Position numbers and translations under genes: made by a program. A stretch of 64,000 nucleotides of DNA, from NCBI GenBank assembly GCA_030295235.1, contig AP026149.1, forward strand, positions 310,001 through 374,000. Reading direction: 5' to 3'. The notes below the pieces were generated by a model that saw only the letters and a list, made by a program, of their open reading frames with translations, made no database searches and had not been told where the DNA came from. Shown in pieces: positions 34,459 through 47,677 of this stretch (the first letter of the stretch is position 1; every line of letters starts with the position of its first letter). The DNA comes from Fistulifera solaris. Its lineage: Eukaryota.

Positions 34459-37400
34459 ATGTTGATGTCGATGCCTCCGCGTCCTCCTCTCTTACAAACT
34501 GCCACAATCGAGGAGTCGCCCATCGGCAACTTGCCGGATCATGGCCGCGTTTGGATTCATCAAAGTGTCATTGACGAAGTTCGCAACAAAAAGAAACCAA
34601 TTCTCAGACGTAACAACAGTTCCACTAGCTTAAAGAGTTTCCGGCACCCACAGGACGCCAGTGTCAGCAGCTTTACGGAAGTGGAGAGTGTTGCCGATCA
34701 CAGTTCGGAAGAGGGGCGTCAAGCCGTTTGGGCGTGGAAAGAAGCAGTTTTGGTGGAGAATAGCAGCAAAGGAGTCGTTGTGAAACTGTCAGATACGGCT
34801 TTGGACGATGATATTGTATCAGATCCTGTTCTTACGCTTCCGTTCGCTTCGTGGGGCCAAGGCAACATCGTTCTCGCCAACGAATACAGCAAAGATGAAA
34901 ACTCGGGCCTCTGGCAAGCTCCTCATGATCTTATCAACTTGACCCACTTGCACGAACCGGCTGTCGTGGAGTCACTGCAACACCGCTTTAACGCGAATCA
35001 AATATACACCAGCACCGGTCCTGTTCTGTTGGCGATCAACCCCTTTAAGAATATTCGGGGCATGTATGGTGAAACCATTCAAAAGACATATTGGGAGAAG
35101 GCAGAAATGAAAAAAGCGACGGAATTAGCGCCTCATATCTATGGAATTGCCGATGCGAGCTATCGTGACATGTTGAGAGCACTCGAGGATAGCACCCCGG
35201 CCAATCAAAGTATTCTCGTCTCGGGAGAGTCAGGCGCCGGGAAAACGGTTACGACCAAGTTTGTCATGAAATATCTCGCCGCCCTTTCGCAGCGTTCTGC
35301 CGAAATACGGACGCAAGATAAACGTGCGTACCAAAAAGTGGCAGAACAGAAGCAACATGCTACGTCGCCAAAGCGGATATCGTCCGCTATTACCAAAGCG
35401 TTTGAGAAACCAAACGGCTTTGCGTTATCGAAATCTCCCTTTAAGAAACGATTCAGTCGACCAAATGTTGCAGTCAACGAGGCGGCTTCTACAACCAATG
35501 AACTCGTCAATGTCACTACGCTATCTTCGACGTCTCAAAACTCGATTGAAGCAATTGTTTTGCAGAGCAACCCTATTCTTGAATCGTTCGGAAACGCCCG
35601 AACCATTCGCAATGATAACTCTTCACGCTTTGGCAAGTTTATTGAAATCCAGTTTTCACCGAACGGTCAACTTGTTGGAGCTAATATTGAGACGTACTTG
35701 CTGGAAAAGGTACGCATATGCCGACAGCTTCCGGGTGAACGAAATTTCCACGTCTTCTATGAACTTCTGCATGAACGCGACGAGTTGCCACGATTGTACT
35801 TCATCGCGCATACCGCTCTACCTGAAGACTTCAAGTTACTGTCGTCATCGGCGACATACGGTCGACGCGATGGCGTGTCGGACGCAGAAACATACCGCGG
35901 CTTGAGAGCTGCACTTGCCGCTATGGGTTTTACTTTGGAGGAAATGCAGAGCGTATTTGGGGTGACCGCAGCTATTATGCATGCTTCCAATTTGAATTTT
36001 ATTGATACGGGTGACGATACTTCTGCCTTGGACGAGAACAACGTGCACCTACAACCTGTCTGCCATCTATTCGGAGTCACCGAAGAAGAACTAAATGCTG
36101 CATTGACATCTTTCACTATCACAGCTGGACGAAGCCAAGTACAACGAGCTATGAATGCAGAACAAGCCGAGAAAGGTTTGCAAGCCTTACTCAAGACCAC
36201 ATATGGCGCTTTGTTCACTTACCTTGTTCAACGCATCAATGAGTCAATCGCATTCAGGAAGCGCAAGAATGGCAATGAGGAGACTACCGGCGAGCGAGAT
36301 CTTAAGTCGTCTATTCTTGGTCCAGCGGCAAAGATCGGTGTCTTGGATATATTCGGTTTCGAGTCATTCCAGACGAATTCATTTGAGCAGCTCTGCATTA
36401 ACTTTTGCAATGAAGCTCTGCAACAGCAGTTCAACGCATTTGTGCTGAAGAATGAGCAAGCTATTTACGAAAAAGAAGGGATCGAATGGAGTTTTATTGA
36501 GTTTCCAGAAAATCAAGACGTCCTTGACTTGATCGAGAAGCGTGGCACAGGCATCTTCAGTATTTTGGATGATCAGTGCCGCGCACCAGGACCGTCGGAC
36601 AAAGCCTTTGCCATCAATTTGTACAATCAGTGTAAAGGACTGCCTCGATTTTCCGCTTCGCGAAAACAAACAGCAAATCTACAGTTCGCAGTCAGTCACT
36701 ACGCTGGTCCAGTAGAGTACAGCACAGCTGGCTTTGTGGAAAAGAACAAGGATGACCTTCCGAAAGAAATAATTGAGTTGCTGAAAACCAGTTCGCTTCC
36801 ATTCGTTCAGGATCTTGCCTTTATTATGGAAGGAGACGTTACGGAGAGGTCAACAGATAAGAACGGGGCAAAGTTCCAGCGACACGGGTCGTTCGTTGGA
36901 AGAGCGACGGTAGGAGGGCAATTCCGAAATCAGTTGCGTGACTTACGTGACAAGATCGGCTTAACCAATCCTCACTACATTCGCTGTCTCAAACCAAACG
37001 ATCAATTAATCCCCGACGTTTACGACACCGCAATTGTTGCAGAACAATTAAAATGTGGAGGCATCCTTGAGGCAGTGCGAGTAGCCCGTGCTGGATTTAC
37101 GCAACATTATGCCCATGCTGATTTCGTTCGGCGTTATCGCCCACTTGCTTGGCGTGAACTTGGCGCGGACGCTGCAGCGTCGGAGAAACATTCTAAGAGT
37201 GCCAGGAGTTACAACGGTTGGAGCGGAGGTAGCCGCGGCACCTTCAAACCGAGTCTTCAAAAGGAATCGCTATCTGAAGAAATGAATTCGTCTAGTCAGT
37301 GCAAGAAGCTCGTCAAGATTCTTTACTGGAAACTTCGCAAACTTGCAAACACGCCTGATGACGGAAGTACAGGACCACTTTCTCCGATGTCAGCCAACTC

Positions 37401-38143
37401 TCCTCCTAGTTCTCCTGCAGCCAAGGCCAAAACGTACACATATCAATCTTCCCCAAGCTCAATACCATCCTGGTCCAAAGAAAGTCCTCTTACTAAAAAG
37501 AAATTGAACGTGGACAGCTCGAATAGCAGTCTACCGCCTTTACCGTTTAGTTCTACCCCGCAATCAAAAAAAGAGCAAGTTTTCGTCGTCTGCTCTTGGT
37601 GAAGAATCCAAAAAGAATGCTCGTGCTAGCTCCGACTGGAGTCAAGGCGCAACATCCTCTGCTAGCTACTTGAAGGTTGGCATCCAAATGGGGAAGACGA
37701 AAGTATTTCTACGACACCATTGCTTTGAGAATCTGGAACGATTACGCAGTATTGAGCAAGCGAGTGCTGCCACCAAATTGAATTCTATTTTCCGAAGATA
37801 TTTAGCTCGAATGGCGTATGTACCCTTTCGAGACGCCTTCCGTCGTGAAATGGCTCACCGTCGAGGTCGCTACGAGGACACGGGAGACGAGAAGAAGGAC
37901 GATTACGATTGCAGTGAATCGGTTATGATGGCTCGCCGCGTCCTGTCGGATAACATGTCGGTCTCATTCCGGTTCGATGTCAACGGCTACTCACTGGTTG
38001 ACAAATGGCAAGAATCCTTGATCCGTGACGCGATTCACAATCCCGTTCCCCGACATGAATGGGGAAAGCAAATGCCTGCCGGAATGAACTTTAAATGGAT
38101 CTTAAGGGACGGTCTCTGGATCAAGAACTATGGTGAAATCTGA
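34459..38143 (+). CDS. Myosin (motor domain, one IQ-like motif, short tail); frameshift near 37570
   Basis: Motifs DLINLTHLHEP, P-loop GESGAGKT, switch I NDNSSRFGK, switch II DIFGFE, EQLCINFCNEALQQ and YIRCLKPN. The converter segment IQMGKTKVFLR lies in ORF 37670-38143. Confidence 0.93.
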
Positions 38144-39543
38144 GATCTCTAGAGGCTTTTAGATGAAACAATCGTACATTGTTATACTTAAACACAAGGC
38201 CAATTTACATTTATAAGAAACGTTTCTCTTCTTCTGTTTCGTATTTTGCATGCGGTGAATGTTGCAAGCATAGATAATTTAATTGCTTATAGACTCGGTA
38301 GTCTCTGACTTCTTCCCCGCACGTTAGTATTTCTCAAACTTCTCCGATTGATGAAGGAACGTAACTCGCATTTGTTTCATGGATCGCATATGCTCATCGT
38401 GCTCATTTACCAGTTGTGTAACTCCGACAAGAGCAGGGTGTACGACAATTCGAAAGATGGCGGGCTTGTTTCCTTTTGTCGACGAGGCAAATCGTTTGGA
38501 AGCTCGTGCACACGCCTTAAGATCCCTCTTCCGCGCGCTCTTGGCGTCTTCTTTTGCGATGAATTAGAAGTGCCTTCCTTCAAACTGTCTTTTTTCATAA
38601 TGAATAGTAAATATTGTAACGATGGCGTTTTCTAGTGGGTTTTGACAATGTGTCACTTTTTCTTTCTTTTTTCTACCACTTTTATGCGAAATGCCGGGAC
38701 TGCGAAGCAGTTCATTCGTAGTAGTACGTTACCTTTGGTACCGCACCGGTGCGGTACCGGTACCTCATCGACGATCGAAGCTAACTATCGACGATTGACA
38801 ACAATAGGTGTGTACGAATAATGTTTGCGCTATACCGTCTTCATAATCACTGGTCTGCACGTGCATCAGGGCAGAGCATTGTCCAATTTGGGAAGAAGAC
38901 GCCTCTAGAGACTTGCTCGTGACAGAATCTATGTTCATGACTTTGGCTGGACTCTTTCGAGAGTGACCCAATTCATTCCAAAGGTGACAACAGTCCCAAC
39001 ATCGAGATAATCAGAGTAGCTCTATCTAGTACTGGTTCATAGCATTCTTTAAATGCTAGGGCATGGTATACTTGGATACCGTGAATTGAGCTGGGAAGCC
39101 CTCCATTGCGGCCTGAGGAAGACAGCTAAATCTGAATTTTTCGGAAGTTGAGCTGTTAGTCAAGCTACTTCTTGGCATGGAAGCGTCACTCTCTTTTGGT
39201 GTATCCCACTCTAGCCTGTAATTCACCTTTGAATACGGAAGAGAAAAAAAGGTGTACGATGATACATGATACAGGATTGAAGAGAGCATCAAGGAGGACA
39301 TTACTTGAAGAGTATTTAACGCGATGCGCGAAACAGAATACAAGTACAAGTCTCTAGAGAGAGAGCACTTGAGTCCAACTTTGGTGGAATCACTCTTCAG
39401 CTACTCAAGTAGGAGTAGTAAAGAACGCGCACGTCACAGTTACAACCAACATTTGAAAGACAAACACCATGCCTGTGCTTCATGAGCACAGCAATCGAAA
39501 AAGCGTGGTAAATACGGTTTCTTTACTATTGATGGGATTGTTT

Positions 39544-39987
39544 TTAAAGCGGAATGAATCGCGTTTGATGAGCCGCACTCACACCGGGACGTCCGTGTCG
39601 TACAGGCTTGTACGTGATGGCGAACTCACCCAAATACATACCCACCATCTCTGGCTTCATTTCCACACCGCAGAACATTTTTCCGTTGTAGATACCAATA
39701 ATCGATCCGATCATTTCGGGCACAATGATCATGTTGCGCAAGTGAGTCTTGATACCCTTGGGCTTTTCACCGGGCGGGGCCTCCTTCTTGGCCTGACGAA
39801 GACGCTTGATCAAGGCCATGGGTTTGCGCTTCAAACCACGAGACATACGACGTCTGGCGCGAGCGCAGACCAATTCCATGAGTTCATCATTGGTCAAGTC
39901 CAAAAGTGCTTCCAATTCGATACCACGGAAGGTGAATTTACGGAATTGACGCTTTTTGCGGAGTTCGGCAACTTTTTCCTCGTCCAT
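39544..39987 (-). CDS. RPS15: 40S ribosomal protein S15 (uS19); probable 5'-UTR intron 40232-40012
   Basis: Motifs [25 protein letters not shown] and [16 protein letters not shown]...FIPL. Confidence 0.97.
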   Translation of the reverse strand: MDEEKVAELRKKRQFRKFTFRGIELEALLDLTNDELMELVCARARRRMSRGLKRKPMALIKRLRQAKKEAPPGEKPKGIKTHLRNMIIVPEMIGSIIGIYNGKMFCGVEMKPEMVGMYLGEFAITYKPVRHGRPGVSAAHQTRFIPL

Positions 39988-40597
39988 TTTTGTGTTTATT
40001 AATTCAAATCTCTGTAAAAACAAAAGGATCATACGTCAGACATAAATCAGAAGGAGCGAGAGATCAACAGGTACGGTGGCAAGTTATCAAACTCATTTCC
40101 GTGCGTTTTGACGGAGAGATACCATCGAACTCAACCGAGCGGATCCCGACAAACTACATTCTAAACGTTCCCTAACTCCTACTAATTCATAATATCATTC
40201 CAGCGACATTCGTACATTGGTTATCGACATACCTTCGTCGAAGTAAACGTCCAAAAGGGATGCAATAGTAGGTGACCCAGCAACACGTCGGATGAAATTG
40301 CTCAAAGGTCGAAGCAAAACGGTAGGTTTAGTAACGCGGTAAGAGTAAACTCGAACCTTGTTGTTGATAACTAACTCGTTCTCGATTGCAATAAAAACGT
40401 CACCTTTCGTGACCTAAGTTGTTCATTCGAGACTGAATAGGCCGTCTGTCGGCTGTCCTTGTCCTCTTGAATTTCCTTCCACCCAAAAACAAACAAGGAT
40501 TTTGTCCGGTTCCTTTAGAAAAAAAAATTCCACAGACACCGCCATCACAAACTTTTGTTCTTCCCTGCCTCTTTTCAAATAATTTACAATCGAAACA

Positions 40598-43435
40598 ATG
40601 GCCGAAGTCGGGAAGAAATTTAAACAAGGTAGCAGCGGAGGAGGCGCTGGAGGCTTTAAAGCACTAGGATTGACGGAAGATGTATTTCGAGGAGTGGTCC
40701 GATTGGGTTTCAAGGTACGTCTAGGTAACGCTCTCTTCGGAACGAATTTTGAATCAAAATCTCACCTTTTCCTTGCAGTCACCGACGCCTGTGCAACGGA
40801 AAGCTCTTCCCGTGATATTATCTGGCGTAGATACCGTCGTCATGGCCCGGACTGGGTCGGGGAAGACCGTTGCCTTTCTCATTCCATTGTTAGAAAAGTT
40901 GTTGGCCGAGCCACCATCGGCACAACGGCCGGTCCGTGCCATTATTTTGTCACCCACGCGAGAACTATCGCAGCAAACCTTGAGTGTATTTTTTAAATTC
41001 ACTTCGGTATTGAAAGAAACGGATCATCCAATTCGGGCGGTCGGCATTCACGGTGGGGAAAGTTTAGAGAAACAGTTTTCGCTCTTGTCGAGTCAACCTG
41101 ATGTCATTATTGCGACACCGGGACGATTGGCTCATCATTTGTCGGAAATTCCGGATTTTACACTGGATTCGTGTCAAATGTGTATTTTAGATGAAGCGGA
41201 TCGACTCATGGAAATGGGCTTTGCCATGCAACTGCGGCAAATTTCGAAAACATTTCCTTCGAATTGTCAAAAGTGTTATTGTCGGCCACTTTACCGAAGC
41301 AGCTGGTGGAGTTCACCAAATCGGGCTTTGCGGTGGATCCAACGGTGGTTCGTCTCGATCATGAAGCGACCGTCTCGGCGGATTTGCGCATTGCCTTTAT
41401 TACCTGTCGGAGTTTGGATAAGGATGCGGCATTTTTGCATGTTTTGCACCACATTAAACAAGATGCGGAGGAACACGGAGAGAGCAGTGCGAGAACTGGA
41501 TTAACTTTAGTATTTTGCGCCACTCGTCATCACGTGGATTACGTTTCAACGTTGCTATCGGCGTCAGGGATACCAGCCACTATGATTTATGGAAGCATGG
41601 ATCAAGAGGCCCGACAGTCCAATCTTGCTGCCTTCCGGTCGGGAAAGCAGCCTGTTTTGGTGGTAACCGATGTGGCGGCACGTGGTATTGATGTTCCTTT
41701 GATTGACCACGTCATACACTACCACTTTCCTCCTTCCCCGAAATTATTTGTCCATCGTTCGGGGCGAGCGGCACGAGCTGGGCGAATTGGCTTTTGCTGG
41801 GGTCTTGTTGAGCCCGATGAATTACCTTACATGATTGATTTACATCTCTTTTGGGTAGAAAACCTACTCCTGGTGTTGTTGCGAACGAGGAAGATGGTTC
41901 AGTATCCGATGAAATGAAGCAATTAATTTATACGCTTGATGACATGACACCAGAAATGGTCCATTATGGCTGCTTGCCCGAGGCTGTCATGACAGAGGAA
42001 GTTGAGAATGCGCAAAGGATCATGAATTCGGAAATGAGTGGCTCATTGGATGTCCAAGCTCTCAAGAATCTAACAAAAGTTTGCAACAACGCGATGAAGC
42101 AATATCGCCGGACGCGAAATGAAGCATCCAGAGAAGCGGTTCGGCGAGCAAAAGCTATATTAGAAGGAGAACGAATGGAAACAGGAGAGCGCGTTGGGGG
42201 TGGGGCTATTTATCCTCATCCTCTTCTTCGAGGAATGGAAATTAAACGAATCCAGAAGATGGGTAAAGACAAAGAGAAAGGAATCGGGGCTTTATCCAAT
42301 GCCAAAAAGCGACAGGAATTTCTACTCGCCATGGCAAATTTCCGGCCTAAAGAAACAGTATTCGAGGCCTTTGCGACTGGAGGCGGGCGTGACGTTGGCG
42401 TTGTTAGCCACATTGATAAAGGACGAACGACGCATGGTAAGAAACACGATTCAAGTGCCGCCATGTCGGCCATGAAGAACATGAGACGTCAGATGCGAAT
42501 GGCTCGGGACAAAGGGGCTACTCTTGTCGTGGCAGGTGGTGCGGCTGTAGAGGAACAGAACAATGATGACGATGACAACTCGGTGGATGACGAAAAGCAC
42601 CAGCTTCTTCTCTTGTCAACACAATCCCGCTGCTCAATGAGAAGCCCGAAGTTATTCACGAAAGTGGTCAGCGGCGTTTGACCAAAGCGGAAAGACGCCG
42701 ACTGAAAAAGAATCCACAAGCAGTGGTAGACCGAACCAGCACCGACGAGAAACCCAAAGAAGTCAAGACCGACTTCCGAGATCCTTCTTTTACATGGAAA
42801 ATGATTTCACCGGCAACTCCGAAGAAGCTGACCGTTCCCGTAAAGTAGAATCTATGTTGCAACCCTCAGCATCCGCTGTTCGAGGCATGGCTGGCAGAGC
42901 TGTCCGAATTGAAGAGGCTATGCTGGACATCGTCGGTGATGACAACGATGCATTGATCAAAAAGCAACGCATGGTGCGATGGGACAAGTCTAAACGGAAG
43001 TATGTACAAACAACCGTCGGAGAAGAACTCGCTGGACACAGCAAAACGAAAAAGATTCGACTGGAAAGTGGGCAGCTCGCTAGGAAGGATGATTCCAAGC
43101 TCGGAGAACTCTATTCAAAATGGCAGAAGAAGACGAACCGAAGTGTTGGACGAACGGGTGTCTTTGATGATAACCCAGGCCCGATCCGTGTGAAGGGAAG
43201 TAAAGATAAAAAGTCTTCTGGAGGCAAATCGGAGAAGAGTGAATTGAAGAGCGCCGTAGAAATCAAGAAAGAGCGCGATCGACAACAGAACTTAAAGATG
43301 AAGAATATGAAGAAACAGGATCGACGAGTGGTGGAGCGCAAGCAAAAGAAGAGCGCAATGCAAAAGCGCGCAAGGAGTTCAACAAATCAGCACCGAGACG
43401 CACCAAGAGATAGAAAGATGGGTGTTGAGGTTTAG
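40598..43435 (+). CDS. DBP10: DEAD-box RNA helicase DBP10/DDX54; intron 40715-40778; about 4 frameshifts
   Basis: Motifs PTPVQRK, ARTGSGKT, PTREL, TPGRL, DEAD, SAT, TDVAARGID, and HRSGRAARAG. The DBP10 C-terminal signature WDKSKRKYV...KKIRLESG...GELYSKWQKK is present. Confidence 0.92.
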
Positions 43436-43790
43436 CCATTCTGACATTGCATCGTACTCTGTATCATATAACTGTAGTCTATCTCATCACGCAATGAAGC
43501 TGTATCAAGTATGATCGTGTATTGACCTTAATTATGTTGATGTACTAATGATATCGTTTTGATCCTTCTTCAGTTGAAATTGAAGTAGCACGCGAAACCT
43601 AATTGTCGCTCTAGCTCGCCTCACAATGGTACTGGGAGTACTTGGCATAAAAAGCTCGCCGCATCGCAACGACCGCAAAAAAGAATGATACGGATGATTT
43701 TGTTGAGACACAACAAGCATACCAGGTAATTGTAATAATCAAGGAAGGGTCATATCCCAAGCGATTATTGTTAAAGGATAGACTTTTCCG

Positions 43791-46258
43791 ATGCCGAGCA
43801 AACGCACACGCTCCAGCACAACGAACAAGAAAGACAATAGGAAAAAGAAGAAATCGTCAGGCAAGATCGTCGCCAGCGACGATGATGGAGAGTATTTTGA
43901 GATCGAAACAATCCTAGATCATCGCAATATACTCGGTGTCGAGCAGTTTTTGATCAAGTGGGTCGATTATGATGAACCGACATGGGAAGCCGAGGAAGCT
44001 CTCTGCGATTCGGCCTATGATATGGCTATGAGCTTGAAGCAAGAGAAAACAGAAGGCTCCTTTTTGGCGAATACGAATAAGACCAACGCAACGGAAACAC
44101 TGCCCATGAATCAATCTACCAGTCAAAAGAAATACAGCGACAACGACGAAGAAGAAGAAGATGATGATGAAGAAGAAGAAGTGATTGCTGAACCTGTTGA
44201 AGAGGGTGACGAAATCGACGATGAAGCAACGGAGGAAAATGGAGAAACCGAGGAAGGTTCGGTAGGCTTTCAAGACGTAGCAGATACGACTATCGACTGG
44301 GCAGATTCGTCACAAATAGAGTATCGTCCGATCGAGCGTATTTCGGTTCACGCGGAGGGTGTTGCACAGCGAGTGAAGGCTGCTCGGGAAGCCGGTGTGC
44401 CATTGTGCCTCGTTGGACACGTGGGATGGACTCAATTCGCCAAACCGTGGCTCTCAAAAGTATCCAAAGACAATGATAAGCCAGACGGGGGCATTCAAAC
44501 TTCTGCTAGAAATCCACGATCCACGATCAATGAAGCGAATCATGAAGATAGCGACGCGGCTTCAAGTGGAGAGACCACTGCGACCTTGTCGGACGACGGC
44601 ACCTCTGATAGCAGTTGTCCTAACGATGCCAGTGCCAGTGCCAATAGTACCGATGAAAAATTACAGTTGCCGAAGAGTGCAGCTACTATGAGTGACGATT
44701 TCTTGGATTTGGCACAATTATACGTCGTGGATGTTCAGAAAATGGTTGACTCGATAGGGAGTGAAAGTGTGCCCATTCAAAGAAAAGGCGACAAGCTTGG
44801 AGACGATCCAAACCAATACCGTGTATCCTTGAAATTTTTCGTTGAAAAATGCTGGCCAGAGCCCGGAAAGGAGCTGGCACCAGCCATGGCTGCAAGATAT
44901 CTTCACCAGTGGCAATTTCCGCTTTCTAGCACAGCAGTTCCCAAGCTTTGTAATCAGTGCAATCCTCTTCCCCACGCAATATTAGGCTTAGACCTACTTC
45001 GTCTATGGCACGATCGGGAGCAGTTTCTTGGCGATAGTCCTTATCAGTACCTGTTTATGGGGAATAAAGGAACAATGAGTAAGCTACATTCCGATAGAGG
45101 GGGCCTCATGATTACCATTGCCCCTATCGTTGGAGAAAAGGAAGTCGTTTTGGTCCACAGATCGGATGTTTCTTCTCTGTACGACCTAGAAGGGGGTTTA
45201 GAAAAGCCTGATCTTCACCACTTTCCGTTGCTACCAACAGCTCGAGTTTGGAAGACGGTTATCAAACCAGGAGAAATTCTCATTATACCACATTCAACAT
45301 ATCATCAGTGTCGCAATGTAACCCCATGTCTTTCCTATTCGCGTTTCTATCTGGACGATGTGAATATCAAAGCATTCCTTCAATCCTTGATTGACTGCGA
45401 TGCCCCGGATTTAGATCACGATGATCTGTTGTGGAATGTGTGCGTCGAGTTGCATTTTGAAGTGACTAATTATTCAGATAAGGTTCGCGCAAAGTGGATC
45501 CAGGATGGGACAATCGAGGAAACACCACTAAGCATTGTCAATACCGTCACTACGTTAAGGAGTCTTAGAAACGCGGCCAGGCACGTCGAAATTCATTTCA
45601 TCCAGGTTGATGACAAAGCCCACGAAGACTGGAAGAAGATGGTTATTGATATTGATAATACACTTCACAACTATCGGTATCGTTACTTTCGGAGGCAACC
45701 AAGAGTGTCAAGGAAAGTTTGTAGACATACGAAGGAACAACAGCACGAAGTCGCGCTGGCTTCAGCACTACCGCAGGCCAAAGCGCCGTTTAATTGTCCG
45801 CTGAATCTTTTCTGCAATCAACTTAAGATTTCTCCCGACAACGAGGGCGTCGTTCTTCCAGACTCTGTTACGTTGAACCCTGGGGACCATCTTGGTGTTA
45901 AAGATCATGGGTACTATTTCGAGGGAGTGATAAAGAAGTGAAGCACGAGCTCAAAGCGGCATATGTCAAATTTCTTGACTTTACCGACTACTGCTCACAA
46001 CACGTTCCCTTTGAATATCTGCGAAGTGACGTCTCAGACGAGGCATTCCCACCAAGCTTTTCCCTACTGAATGGGAGCCTTGTTTGCTACAAGGAAAGTG
46101 ACCGATCGTATCAAGCTCGAATTCAGTCTTGGCGGTGTGGGACTTTGTACAAGTTAAGAATTGAGTTGGATCAGGGCCGATGTTTTGACCGTTGGTTCAC
46201 CAGAGAATCATTTGTCAGAAAGATACCACAAACGAACAAAGGGAGGACTAGCCAATGA
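43791..46258 (+). CDS. Chromodomain + JmjC-domain protein with a Tudor-like C-terminus; frameshift near 45935
   Basis: Chromodomain YFEIETILDHR...FLIKWVDYDEPTWE. JmjC features YLHQWQF, YLFMG..GT.SKLHSD and IKPGEILIIPHSTYHQCRN retain the H-x-D...H triad. ORF 45938-46258 abuts the end of the main ORF. Confidence 0.82.
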
Positions 46259-46369
46259 GAAATCAAATTATATCTTTGCTACACGTTGTTTAAATAGTCA
46301 AAGAAGATTTTGAAAAGGATTGTCCTACAATCTACTAAACTACGAGTGCTGCCAAATCTAGGAAAGCCC

Positions 46370-47319
46370 CTAACTTTGCGCTTCGGCCAAGTACTCTTTC
46401 AATAATGACTTCTTGTCTTTCAGATCGACGCCAAATTTATCACTCGCCACTTCTAATGCCACCTTGATTGTCGCCTTTTCCATATTGTAAACTTTGGTAA
46501 AATAGCGAGCCCAAGTCTGCAATTGTGAATCTGACGGCATTTGACCAAACTCGAGTGGTTCGTCTTCCTTCTGCGCAGCGGCTCGGCTCTTGGTCTTTTT
46601 ATTGTCTGAACGCGTCATGGATCCGCCTTTGAGCAGAGACTCAGACGGTTCTCCCAGAAAATCCAATAAAGCATTGACTAAACCATCTTTGTCGTTCTTT
46701 CCTTTGCTATTTCAGACGAAATGAGACGCGATTTGCTTCAAAGAATCAAAACAGACCACTCGAGAACGTACCGATCAATCGCAAAGACATCACACATTTT
46801 CTTGAGTTCCGCAATCGTTTTCTTGTAAGCTCTAGTTCCCATTTCCGACTACCGAGTACACACATGAGAAAAGAGAGACGTGACAGCATGACGGAGAAAG
46901 AAACGTCAGAACCTTACCTCCAGTTTGTCATCGGATTCTTCGACATCTTTCTCTTCTTGTCCTTCTTGTAGCTTGGGTAAAAAGCCACTAAACTCAAGAA
47001 TGTCACTTTTGATGCGATGTTTCGGCGGTTTCCGCTGAGACGGATACAAAAATTTGTGCGCGGCTAGCAATTCCGGTGCGGTAACCGGCAAAGCCTCGAT
47101 GGACGCCCGGACGGGTTCCAGATCCTGGAGTGGAGTACCGCGTCCTTCCACAATGACGACTTGATGTTCAATGTGTTTGAAATCGTCCGGGACGAAGGCT
47201 TCTGCCGATTTACGGGCTCGTTTTTCGCGAGTTGGTCCTTCGCTATCGGTCGAGCGCTTTTCGTTAGTCTTGTCGACCTCGCTAGTTTCCTTCGTCTCTT
47301 CTATAGAGGAATCCGTCAT
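46370..47319 (-). CDS. DEK: DEK-like chromatin protein; introns 46917-46849 and 46771-46707
   Basis: GRGTPL...HKFLY...IKSDILEFSGF, a spliced SAP-like segment TIAELKKMCDVFAIDRKG..DKDGLVNALLDFL, and a DEK_C-like ATIKVALEVASDKFGVDLKDKKSLLK. Confidence 0.82.
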
Positions 47320-47677
47320 GATATCGGTTATTTGAAATTATTTGAAATTTGATTTAGAAGGTTATGATGTGAAATGGACGATATTTATTTCGTAGTATGT
47401 ACTTGTAAAAACTCGTAGATGCGATATGCCCACTTTTGGTGTTTGCATGGGATTTTCGGTTCTTTCGTCCGAACAGCACTCGAAGTCCTTCTATTCATTA
47501 CCGTTACGATATTAGTAATGGAATTTGGAATCTTTATCATCACTTGCACGACACCACTTATTTCTTGCCGCCATTTTTCGTTTTCTTCCACAACAAATTA
47601 ACGCAAGAGACAAAACAATAGATCATCGGTGCGTAATAGCTGTCAACTATCCTATGCTTCCAGTCTAGGAAACCACA

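Noticed and set aside
40012..40232. Intronic snoRNA in the relatively long RPS15 5'-UTR intron
   Set aside because: CTGA words are present, but there is no convincing RTGATGA C box, terminal stem or H/ACA layout, and one CTGAC is better explained as the branch site. An Infernal/snoscan search would be needed.
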